DNA of 64,000 bases from Octopus vulgaris. Lineage: Eukaryota. The translations under genes were made by a program, and so were the position numbers. Location of the stretch: contig OX597814.1 in NCBI GenBank assembly GCA_951406725.2, positions 33,108,001-33,172,000 on the forward strand, read 5' to 3'. Under the pieces are notes generated by a model. The model searched no databases, was not told the DNA's origin, and saw only the letters and a program-made list of their open reading frames with translations. Numbering within the stretch: the first letter of the stretch is position 1; every line of letters starts with the position of its first letter. Below are positions 13,650 through 24,977 of this stretch, one piece after another.

Positions 13650-14010
13650 TTCCACAATCAATGATCTGCTGCCCCTCCTCAAGCTAATACCAGCCAATAA
13701 TAATAGAAAGGATCTAGCTGCAAACTTAGTCTTACCCTCTAGTTCGCATAATTCCTTAAATCCCAGAAATTTGCGATCCCTTTTGTTCATGTACCTTCTT
13801 CATTTTCTTCCCCCAAGGAACCGTCAATCCAACAGACTAGATCGTTTTATGCTTTATTTCTTCATTTATTTATTGCCAAGCCGGTCTAATCATATCGTCA
13901 GGGCTTGCTTCATTCATACTGTATGGACGTGGAATACGAGCGATTTCTTGAAACTTACTTGCAGCTTCAAGATATCAATTCCATGTTGAAATCAGAGTTC
14001 CGACCTTCCA
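13650..14010 (-). mobile_element. Decayed restriction-like endonuclease (RLE) region of a non-LTR element (HERO/NeSL-like)
   Basis: Minus frame reads GLTVPWGKKMKKVHEQK then FKELCELEG, resembling the ELTVPWEE...HERK...Y..L..C motif; many stops. Confidence 0.4.
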
Positions 14011-14726
14011 TTGTTTGCGCGCCTTCGTTGTCCTTTCTCAGACTCCATCACGAAACCACAGGTAAAGAAGTTGGATATTGATTCTCATTGTGTTAGTGTT
14101 TTAGTGCATCAGTAAAGATGAACAATATTTGATTATATTACCAAGGATAATCCCTCTGCAAGAGATGATTTGCGTACTGCTAAGGGTTTGTTCCCACAAT
14201 GCGTTACTAGCATACCCATAAGAAGCAACAGTTACATGGTCTAGTATTAACCAGGGATAGGAGTAGCTCGAGGTGGAATTGCAATCAGGCTGACACAATC
14301 ATCTGCATTAGCCACTAGAGTTTCATCTCCTCGTCTACCTACAATTCAGAAGAGCATAGCACCAGCAATCAGCAACTGGAAGTCGACGAGCATCACATTC
14401 TGTTTGTAGACCTTGAGAAAAAACGGAACGAAAAAATCCATAGGAGATGTTCAGAGAGGAAATTTCATCTAGAGTTCTGTTCCTTGCACAAGGTTCAGAG
14501 TATTTTTATGATGTAAAGAGCGAGTTAGATGTAACAGTTCCTGACTACCAGTAACAGACAAATGCCTATACATATATATTCCTGAAAATTTCCTGTCAGT
14601 CGATTGTCCCAATTTTCGAAAAGAATAACACATCGCTGGCATTGAATTACCGACCGATCTCACTTATTTCTCAAAATTTGAGATTCCTTAACAACAATAT
14701 AACCTTCATGCAATTAAGGTATCTTT

Positions 14727-14812
14727 GGCCTGACGAGCAGCTAGCTGGTTACCCATCATTGAGTAATTATTGCACAAACGAATCTTATCTGTAGCTAGGA
14801 AACATACGTTGC
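14727..14812 (+). ncRNA. Degenerate hammerhead motif at a probable PLE 3' end
   Basis: GGC-CTGACGA-gcAGCTA...TAGCTag-GAAAC-ATAC-GTT-GC, followed shortly by (TA)n. Confidence 0.45.
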
Positions 14813-14866
14813 ATGAATTTTACTATCTCAATTTGTATATATATATATATACATACATAAGTACAA

Positions 14867-14976
<110 letters not shown>

Positions 14977-14995
14977 CATATACATATATACATAT

Positions 14996-15608
14996 GATTT
15001 CAGTAAAAATTTTGATTCAGATGAATATGGTACTTAAGTTGAGGCACCAGAATTTAGTACGGTATTATCCATACAATTTCAAAATAAAGTGATTAGAATC
15101 AAAATAAGCAACAAGCATATCCAGAGGTAATGTTGTACGATTGTTTCACGCAACTCCATTTAGTTGAACAATGCAACCATTACATCAATTTAAATGCAGA
15201 GCAATCCTCAGCTGCACAAAGACAGACTTTAATCAAATTGAAGCAGCTGGACACAGTATAATTTTCCCTAAAATCTCCAAGAAGTTAAGGAGATATACAA
15301 AGAACATGTTGCCTTTCCTTCTACTTAGAAGCTATTAGTACTACTCTGAAAATCTCCCATGGATTTTTTCTAAGTGGAAGAAGGAAAGGCAGTATGTTCT
15401 ATGCTTATCTCCTTAACTTCTTTGAGATTATAAGCAAACGTATACTAATGTATCCATCTATTTTAATTTAATCAAATTCTATGTCTTTGTGCAGCTGAGG
15501 ATTGCTCTGCTTTTAATTGATGTAATGGTTGCATTGTTCAACTAAATGGAGTTGCGTGAAACGGTCGTACTGCATTAACTCTGGATACCCTTGTTGCTTA
15601 TTTTGATT
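14996..15608. mobile_element. Older PLE-derived fold-back element in (TA)n
   Basis: 15097-15330 is the diverged reverse complement of 15368-15608. There is a ~100 bp unpaired tail at 14996-15096, TA tracts on both sides, and an HHR in the arms. Confidence 0.7.
15489..15574 (+). ncRNA. Type I hammerhead ribozyme with long stem II insert
   Basis: TGCAG-CTGAGGA...GAAAC-GGTC-GTA-CTGCA: stem I TGCAG/CTGCA, GUA triplet; the two arms together suggest an ancestral palindromic stem III ACGATCGT. Confidence 0.6.
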
Positions 15609-15656
15609 ATATATATATACATGAATTTGCATTCTCTCCATTTGTATGTACATAAA

Positions 15657-15706
<50 letters not shown>

Positions 15707-16132
15707 AATTAGTAAATAAATGGCACAACTAAGTACCGATATTTACTGGAAATAGCGAACGTAAAATACGACGCTAATGTGTAGCTTCACCGCGTATGTA
15801 TTAGCAAAAATGCGTGTGTGCAACAAAATAGAGAAAAAAAAGCCGTCTTACCTCCAGGGAGAACATCTGAAAGATGAAACACCCGGAAAATGGATAATGT
15901 GGTACCTGCAGGTTTCAGATTTTGCAAGATATGTCTCTCACCCATATTTTGCTTTACCTTCTTCAGCCAAACATATACCAAGACGAAATCTACGATGTTA
16001 CCACATTAATACTAACACACTCGACTGAGATACGGAACGCTAACAGTACGAGAAACGGTGAAGAAGTTTCAAAATATCAGTAATGCAATACAAAGTATTG
16101 CCTTCCAGTAAAAAGTAGCCCGTGAGGGAAAA

Positions 16133-16180
<48 letters not shown>

Positions 16181-16804
16181 TTGTATGTATGTATGTATGC
16201 AAAATGTATATTTGTATATAATATATATTATGTGTGAGTCTGCGTCCGTGTGTGTGTGTAAGCGTGCGCGTGAATTTTTATGCATGTACTCTTGGCTAAT
16301 AAAAGTGTAGAAATTGCATAATGAATTGTTTCTTTTTCACATTATTGTTTTGAAATTCTGATCGAGGAAGCCTACAATTACTGTCTAATCAAATTTAATC
16401 AACAAAATCCAAGTTCTCACTTAGTATATGAAGCGCAACGTTGTCCAAAAGTCCAAATTATCTTTTTTTTTAACTTCATGACTGCATCCGGCTATTTGAA
16501 ATAGATTTAATCACGGTGATTAAATGATGTACAAATGGCCTTCCTTTTAACAGTGGTATTGTTGAGAGATAAGAAATGTATGTAGCCATGTGATAATAGA
16601 ATCATTTAAGACTCAGTACTCCAATGCATTCTAATTGGAATTAATTTACAATTAATGATGACTAAAATTTCTCAATATAATATTTGGTTCTTGCCTTATA
16701 AATACACACACGCAATTAGGTAGACGTGCACACATATACATGTGTATATATGTGTGTGTGAAAGCATACACACATACTGAGAATGCACATACACAGCCAC
16801 ACAA

Positions 16805-16945
<141 letters not shown>

Positions 16946-16959
16946 TTTACAATGTAACT

Positions 16960-17262
16960 AAGTTGAAAACATATAAATGCACAAACAAACGGAAAACAGA
17001 CAAAGAAGGTCAGCAAATCCTCATCAATTATCGGCCACAGGGTCAAACTCAATTTTGCGCCTTCAACGATATTATTGTTCCCCTCTGGTGGTGCCGGCTG
17101 CAAGAAGCCGCCAGGAAATTGCGAGTCAAAGGACAAAACAAGACTGAAAGTGAATAAACAAACATGAAATAAACAAATATGCAATACAGAAAGTGAACAT
17201 GGCGGTGCCCCAGCATTGCCACAGCTCATTAGCTGAAACTAGAAAAATCAAAATCAAAATCA
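16960..17262 (+). mobile_element. Probable LINE 3' terminus sharing the SINE-A-type tail
   Basis: Ends GGCGGTGCCCCAGCATTGCCACAGCTCATTAGCTGAAACTAG plus (AAAATC)n; upstream DIIVPLWWCRL loosely resembles the L2/CR1 C-terminal W..LP motif. Confidence 0.4.
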
Positions 17263-17404
17263 AATACAAACATGGAATAAATGCGATTCAGGACGAGAGC
17301 ACAAGGGGACAGATGATGGGTAAAGACGAAATATGGACATACGGACAACTGAAATATACACAATACGGCCTTGGGGCCAGACAGGAGACGAAAGTGTGGT
17401 TAAC

Positions 17405-17766
17405 GTCAGGATGGTATAGGCACACACCAGAAAAGGTCACAGAAAACGAGAAAGCAACCATACTCTGGGATATGCCGATACACACAGATAGAGAAATTAA
17501 GGGCAACAGACCAGATATAGTTGTCAGGGATCATGAAGAACAAAAATGCTTTCTAATTGATGTATCAATACCGGCAGATGACAACGTGTCCCTAAAAGAA
17601 ATGGAGAAACTTTCAAAATACAAAGACCTGGAAATAGAGGTAACCAGAATGTGGAATCTAAAAAGAGAAACAATTCCTATCATAGTAGGTGCATTAGGCA
17701 CGATAAAAAAATATTCAGACAAATACATAACAAAAACACCAGGACTTACAAACACATATAACATAT
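17405..17766 (+). mobile_element. R4/Dong-type non-LTR retrotransposon RLE fragment
   Basis: WYRHTPEKVTENEKATILWDMPIHTDREIKGNRPDIVV...LIDVSIP...EKLSKYKDL...PIIVGALG, a PD..D/ExK RLE typical of R4/Dong. Confidence 0.85.
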
Positions 17767-17884
17767 CCTTTCTGCAGCCACATGCTGGCAAAATTTTTTC
17801 CGTCTTCTATGGGTATCAACTCAAGTTTCTAGACTCTTTACTCATCTATCCCGTGTTCGAAATTTACTTTACATCCTGTGTAGA

Positions 17885-18420
17885 AGTAAAAAATATCACC
17901 CACATCATAAGCAGTGGTCCGAAAATGTCATCGCGGTTACATCTTCCGATGAGACATGATGTTGTAGTTAAGTCACTGTATAACACTGAGACTAAAGAAA
18001 TAAGAACCCACAGTATGGTGGAAGCGATTACCATTCATAATAAGGAGTACTGATTGAATGTCCCAATGAAAACCTCAATAATATGTAAGCATAATAGATC
18101 TGACATGGTCATTTGGGATTGAGAAGAGAAACTGTGTGCAGTTGTGGAAATCAGCTGCCCAGCAGATGTTTACATAAAGCTGAATATCAGCGAAAAAGAA
18201 AATACCTACGCTCAGCTATTGAGAAATCTATGGTTACTCTACCCAATCATAAATTCAGGTTTATACTAGTTATTATTGGTGCACTGGGATATGTAGCACA
18301 TTGGGTTAATACAACCCTTGAGAAATTAGGCTTCACGAAACCAGAAGGGAAAAAACTGATTTGAAGTCTACAGATCCAAGCCATCACTAGAATTGTAAAA
18401 GTCTGTAAAACTTTCCAGAA
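17885..18420 (+). mobile_element. Second, decayed RLE non-LTR element fragment (CCHC remnant plus RLE)
   Basis: THIISSGPK...MRHDVV, KHNRSDMVIWD, VVEISCPAD, EKENTY, VIIGALG, with stops and frameshifts. Confidence 0.7.
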
Positions 18421-18429
18421 TATTTATCT

Positions 18430-19365
18430 TAACAACCCATAAAGTGTGAAAGGCAAAGTCGACCTCGGTGGAATTTGAACTCGGAAAGGGAGATTGGAAG
18501 AAATGCTGCAATACATTCTGTTCGGCACGCAAACGATTCTGCCAGTTAGCTACCTTTTATAATAATCCTTTCTACTATAGGGCCAAAGCCTAAAAATTCT
18601 GAAGATGGAGGCTTGTCGATTTTATCAATCCCAATGCACAACTGGTACTTATTTCATCGACCTTGAGAGGATGAAAAGCAAAGTCGACCTTGGCGGTATT
18701 TGAATTGTGTACGTAAGGACCGACGAAATGTTGCTAAACATTTTTGCCCGGCGTTCTAACGTTTCTTATTTCTGTATTTCCCACAAGGGGCTAAACATAG
18801 AGGGGACAAACAAGGACAGACAAAGGTATTAATTCGATTACATCGACCCCAGTGCGTTACTGGTACTTAATTTATCGACCCTGAAAGGATGAAAGGCAAA
18901 GTCGACTTCCGCGGAATTTGAACTCAGAACGTAACGGCAGACGAAATACCTATTTCTTTACTACCCACAAGGGGCTAAACACAGAGAGGACAAACAAGGA
19001 CAGACAAACGGATTAAGTCGATTATATCTACCCCAGTGTGTAACTGGTACTTATTTAATCGACCCCAAAATGATGAAAGGCGAAATCGACCTCAACGGAA
19101 TTTGAACTGAGTACGTAGCTGCAGACGAAATACCTATTTCTTTATTACCTACAAGGGGCTAAACATAGAGGGGACAAACAAGGACAGACATAGGTATTAG
19201 GTCGATTACATCGACCCCAGTGCGTAACTGGTACTTAATTTATCGACCCCGAAATGATGAAAGGCAAAGTCGACCTCGGCGGAATATGAACTCAGAACGT
19301 AGCGCCAGACGAAATACCGCTAAGCTTTTCGCCCGGCGTGCTAACGTTTCTGCCAGCTCGCCACC
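18430..19365 (-). mobile_element. Head-to-tail cluster of about five SINE family B copies
   Basis: Repeated aaaggcaaagtcgacctcggcggaatttgaactc and caaggggctaaaca...gacaaacaaggacagac blocks; only the last copy (19135-19365) has a well-preserved head. Confidence 0.85.
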
Positions 19366-19774
19366 AACGAAAAACAAAAGCTGTCAAAAAAAAAAAAAAA
19401 AGGAGACGTCAGCAGATAGTTTGGAAGGTCCAACACTTTATCAATGTGCACAACTTCCTCATAGATAGATTTAGCAATTATTTATGTTCTAAAAATCATT
19501 TGTGTAAACACTACCTTGATTCTGATGAGTGTAAGAGGAAAGATTTTCTATACATTTACTGCTAAAAACAGTATTGTTCTAAATGTACTAGACATTTTCC
19601 TTTAGATCTACAAGTTGGCTGACTGTTTTTTTTCGGTTTAGTTTGTTGGTATAATGTCTACGACTGTTTTATTAATGCATCCACAGTTAATTTGTTAATT
19701 ATGAGGCGCTATGTAATTAACTAGGCGCCATGTAACATAGTTATAACATTTAATTTATACAGTAAAATTCTATC

Positions 19775-19846
19775 GGTTCTATGGTGTAATGGTTAGCACT
19801 CTGGACTCTGAATCCAGCGATCCGAGTTCAAGTCTCGGTAGAACCT
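19775..19846 (+). tRNA. trnQ-CTG: tRNA-Gln (anticodon CTG)
   Basis: GGTTCTATGGTGTAATGGTTAGCACTCTGGACTCTGAATCCAGCGATCCGAGTTCAAGTCTCGGTAGAACCT: 72 nt, all four stems pair, A and B boxes intact, T-rich tract downstream. Confidence 0.96.
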
Positions 19847-20597
19847 ACAAACAAGTTTGTTATTTATTTTGTCACATTGAGCCGCTACGTACAAGACTGA
19901 AACAAGTAAACACGAAAGATTGCCATAAAATAAATAATTCAGTTTCTCAGGTTCTCGCCTCAATTTCAATTTCTATGTGCATATGTATGTTTCCTTAAAC
20001 ATTTAATACTATTGAGAAAGGCATGTACACAACGCAATCCAATTTTCCTCTTCCACTCTACACACTCATGTGTGTATATATATATATGTATACGTATAAA
20101 TGGGTTCCTGCGTAAGAAATCAATATATTATTTACAGCCCGGGAGGAGTTTTATCGGAGATACAAATATATTCATAATTTCTATTAGATCGATGAGGTTA
20201 ACTTTTTAGCTATTGTTTCTGTTTTGTTTTGTTTTATTTTATTGTGTAATATTTTACGTTTTCATTTTATATCTTTTCTGTGAATATTGTCATTGTGAGG
20301 AATAAATTCTTTTTTTTTTTCTGTTTAATTTTACTGATAGATTTTTTTATAAAGACAACTGCGGTTACATCAACATCTATAATCCAATAAAATGCATACC
20401 TGAAGGCGAAATAAAGCTTAACAAAACTTGCATATCTCTTTTGTTATCGAATAAAAATATTTCTCTGGTGTTCTGGAACAGATTTCTATAGATATAAACT
20501 CCCTAAGCAAGTTCCTCAAATCCACAGAACGAATGGTTTCCAGCCATTTAATAACAACGGGTACTCTTACATGTGTGTGTGCGTGCGCGCGCGTGTG

Positions 20598-20628
<31 letters not shown>

Positions 20629-20708
20629 CTATACACACGCGCACGAGAGAGAGAGACAGAGAGAGACAGACAGACAGACAGACAGAGACAGAGACAGACA
20701 GACAGAAT

Positions 20709-20960
20709 GCGTATGGCCTAGTGGTTAGAGTTTCGGAGACATCATGATTAGATCGTGGTATCAATTCCTGGAATGGGAGGTACGTTGTGCTTTTTGAGCA
20801 AAAACACTTCGTGGCACGTTGCTCAGCAATTATTTCGACACCTGACACGCGATACACTTGTGCACCTGTTCAAGCAATGTCGATTTGGTGAAGAGAGTGA
20901 GCTAATGTTTAGCATAAATATGTGATCTCTATAAACAAATCATTTTTGAAGGTTATTCAG
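20709..20960 (+). mobile_element. Degenerate tRNA/CORE-type SINE
   Basis: gcgtatggcctagtggttagag head, ttgagcaaaaacac...cacgttgctc core-like block related to 21307-21634. Confidence 0.55.
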
Positions 20961-21165
20961 CAAGGAATTGTAGAACCGTCTGTCTGGGACTGCGAGAGGC
21001 TACCATCACACGTACGCACATATAAAAAAATACATACTTATACATATATGTGTGAGCGAGTATCTTTGAGTATATATATATATGCAAGAGTATATTTTTT
21101 ATGTATGCGTATGTGTGTATATGTATGTACGTATTTATGTATGTGTATATATATATATATGTATA

Positions 21166-21221
<56 letters not shown>

Positions 21222-21262
21222 CATATATACATACATATATATATAGAGAGATATATAGAAAA

Positions 21263-21306
<44 letters not shown>

Positions 21307-21308
<2 letters not shown>

Positions 21309-21634
21309 TGAGACCCCCTTCAGTCATGACTGACCATGAGATTGCACCTAGGAAGTTACCCTCCCAGGCACAAGTCCGGGCAAGGTTGTTTATCGAAGAT
21401 CAGCAGTCACCCATGCATACCAGCTTCCCCTATCCACGCCACCAGTGTTATCCAAGGGAATGGCAAAGGCCGATACAGCTTGGCACCAGTGACGTTGCAA
21501 CACATTTCTACAGCTGAGTGAACTGGAGCAACGTGAAATAAAGTGTCTTGCTCAAGAACACAACTCGCAGCCCTGTCCGGGATTCGAACTGACAACCTCG
21601 CGATCGTAAGCTCAACGCTCTAACCACTGAGCCA
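21307..21634 (-). mobile_element. tRNA-derived SINE family C (CORE-like)
   Basis: Reverse complement: ATGGCTCAGTGGTTAGAGCG...GTTCGAATCCCG...TTCTTGAGCAAGACACTTTATTTCACGTTGCTCCAGTTCACTCAGCTG. Confidence 0.85.
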
Positions 21635-21810
21635 TATATAAGTAAAATGTTTGTTATTGGCAAGTATAAGATAAAATCCTATATAAAATACTACTAACAA
21701 TTAGAAAAATTGAGAAGAGAACATGTTAAAAGTTCAAATTAAAATTTAATTTCCACATACGACCGTTTCAAATGGTAATACAAACATGTAAGAAAAAAAC
21801 ATTAATTATG

Positions 21811-21870
<60 letters not shown>

Positions 21871-22406
21871 GCAGTGGCTCTCATGGCTTCTGATCTTAAC
21901 TGATTGGAAGTGTTATCATGTACATTGTTTTGTCTTGGTATAAAAGATGGGCTACAGCAAATATTCTGCTCAATACCACAGATTTGCTTGTCAGTTGTTT
22001 GACCTTAACCAGTTGAACATGTCCCTTAGTGGCTGACGATATGTGCATCTCTGATCACGAGCAGAAGTAGTGGGGGAGCATCATAGCCATGTGTTGAGAG
22101 GGATTCTTTGGGGTTTGAATAATTCACCTCTGGAAACATGGGTGGTTCTTTCAACATCCTTAAACAACTCTTATTCAGGGTCCTTTTGAGCGGGATGGGC
22201 CACTCAACCTGAAGAAAATTCTAACTGGGCCCCACCTGCAAGGTCATGTGCTGTTTATCTTGATATGAGATCACCATGTCGCGCACATATGGTTGTGATG
22301 CATGTGCCTGGTGTACCTTTATCAGACGGGTAGTCATGATGGGTATATTGGGCTTCGTATATTTTACCCCAGTGTCACTTTGATGGCATGAACTGCTCTC
22401 TCACTC
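21871..22406. mobile_element. ~535 bp non-coding insert within an (AAT)n array
   Basis: Higher-GC unique block bounded on both sides by pure (AAT)n; no ORF. Confidence 0.55.
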
Positions 22407-22469
<63 letters not shown>

Positions 22470-23289
22470 TAAAATGGTTATTTATTACCATTCTCGTCAG
22501 TTTAAAAAATTAAAAGAAAACATCAAAGAAGGTATTACCGAAAGAGTGGAAAAAGAATTAGATACAGGAAGATGTTAATGTATTTACGAGTCTATCGGTG
22601 AAATAAACTATAACTGTTGTGGCCAATGGATATTTTTAAATATAAGTAGGAAAAAACCGAGGTAAGAGGTAAGGAATGGAGTAGATAATGTCCGGGCTAC
22701 GTATGTTTCATAACAAGCAGAACCTAAGAAATGGTAGATGTTCAAGCGAGGTTTATACCTCAGACTACTCTTCAGGTCAAGGGTATTTTGATTAAATGAA
22801 GTTTACATTGTCTGTTATTCGGATCGAATTGTCCGTGGGCTGACATGTACCTCCTTGTGACGATGTAGGCTTTATTTAATCAAGATGCCTTTGGCCTGAA
22901 GATTAGCCCGCGGTACACATCTCGTCTGGATATCAACCACTTTCGAGTTTCCGCTCACTGTGAAACATTTGTAGCCCAGATATTATCTACTCCATTCCTT
23001 AACTCTTGTATTTTATTTGCATACCTGGCAGCCCTGGCTGCCTACTGTGAAAAATAAAATAATGTTTTTCAGTTTTCCATACTTCGATACGGAAAAATTC
23101 ATAGCCTTCCGTCTCATTGTATCCTGACTTATGCGTAGTCGTCCTAACTTCCAACTGGCACTAATATCAAATAGGAAGGGGCGAGAGAGCGAGGCAAGTG
23201 GCGTTACACAACCCTCCCTTACACTAATACATGTGCGCAAGTCAAGACAACACTCCACCCTAGAGCCACTTTCAGGCCCTGAGGAGATA

Positions 23290-23610
23290 GGCGAATAGCG
23301 AAGCAGCAGTTGTAAATGTAGCCACAAACTTGTACCCTCCTCACTGACAAAAATGCAATCCTGTAAAAGTGAGCCGAGCACTTTAACAACATCCTCAACA
23401 TGCCTTCTTCTATTAAAGCTGAAGCCATTGCTCGCAAGCTCCAAAGTGGCATTATCACTTCTCTGGCAGAGGCTTCAACGGAAGCAGAAGTCTAGAAAGC
23501 AATGAAGCTTGTCCTGAGTGGCAAGGAACCAGGATTTAGATCCGTCTCCAGCAGAAATATGCAAGGCAGGAGGACGAGTCTTGACTCAGATGCTCACCAA
23601 TTTCTTTATT
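23290..23610 (+). mobile_element. Decayed RTE-clade LINE fragment (pre-RT region)
   Basis: AEHFNNILN.PSSI, EV*KAMKLVLSGKEPG, SPAEICKAGG motifs. Confidence 0.65.
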
Positions 23611-24928
23611 AGGCGGCAAACAGGCAGTCATTAGCTCACCCAACAGAAAGTCTTTCAGCATTTGTTCTTACGTTCTGATTTCACATCTTGCGCAGATAAT
23701 CTTTGCTTTCATAAATTCGAGAAAGTATAATTCGGATTAGCGGTATTGTTAGAGTAGCGAACGAGTTGTCTTTTGGTATTGCTATCTCTTCGGCATCTCT
23801 ATCTTGGATATCTGGAGAAAGTCCTGTGTATCTTGTAAGTTTGGATGGAGTCAAAGCAGAGTTTGCTCTTTCTGAGGAGTAAAATAGTTGCAGTTGATAT
23901 AACAGGGAACTAATTGTTTTACCATATTTTGTAAATGAAGGCTTGTAATTCGACAGGTTGTTTTTTATAAAAGAAAGTGTAACCACAATGCCTTAGAGTA
24001 AGATTATTCAGGTAACAACTGAAAGAGAATCAACGGTAAGTTGTGGAGCTTGGTGGATGCAGTTTACAGCTTTGTAGGAGTGAAATGATACTGGTTCAAG
24101 AGTGAAAAGTGAATAAAATTCTAATCCAGTTAGAATTCTAATAGAATCCAGCTAACAAAATCGGGATCCTGTCTTTTGCATTTGCAAAACGAGACCCTTT
24201 TAATTTTGCTCAGATTGCTTTCAATTTTGGTGTATCGATGCAACTCTGAATTTTGATTACGATCAGCTAATTACTTTATTTCGTAAATTAAAGAACCTGA
24301 TGTTATTTGAAATTAAAATTGCGAAATTTGGGTAATTTCAGCCAATCAACAGAAAGCGGGGCATTAGCAGCTTGTTACCATAACAACCGCACGCTGTGTT
24401 GTGGTTCACTGTTGTCTGTGCCGCACGCTGTTCTATGTTGATTTTTCACCCCTGATTCTTACCACGAGATTATTTTCACCCGTGTGTTTTGTTTTAATTT
24501 TTCTCAGTGTTAGTATATTACATATTTCTGTGCTTTTTCTGTGTGTTAGTATTTTTACGTATTTTTCATTTCATATATTTTTGGAACACATTGACTCAAA
24601 TAGCTGGATTTATGATTTCACTAGGTTAATTCAATTCATAAAAAATTTAATTAGCAGTATTTCTTAAACCGTTAGCTTTACATTTCAACAGCTTGACTGA
24701 AATTTCGCCCACGTAACTGGAACTGAGACGGATATCCCGTGGAACAGAGAAACTGGGTGATACAAATAATTTGACATTATTTTTGAATTCTGTTTGCAAA
24801 AACATATAAGATACGAGCATTTTTTCCCTTGGGACAAATTCTTTATTGACCAGTGTTATTCTTATCGTAGTTTAGAAATCCAAGCATGGAAACGTTACTC
24901 AACTTTGGAGTTTTGGAGACAGATGCCC

Positions 24929-24977
<49 letters not shown>

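Noticed and set aside
17193-18053. 286 aa ORF as a single gene
   Set aside because: Chance in-frame fusion of a repeat tail and two different RLE retrotransposon fragments.
18430-19365. CRISPR-like array
   Set aside because: Units are SINE copies without unique spacers; eukaryotic context and no cas genes.
21560-21634. Additional tRNA genes in SINE heads (also 49811, 6714)
   Set aside because: A/B boxes are present but there is no complete cloverleaf, and each continues into a SINE body.
24373-24386. RFX X-box-like GTTACCATAACAAC near CCAAT
   Set aside because: Imperfect match, no linked gene, and the surroundings may be a DNA-transposon remnant.
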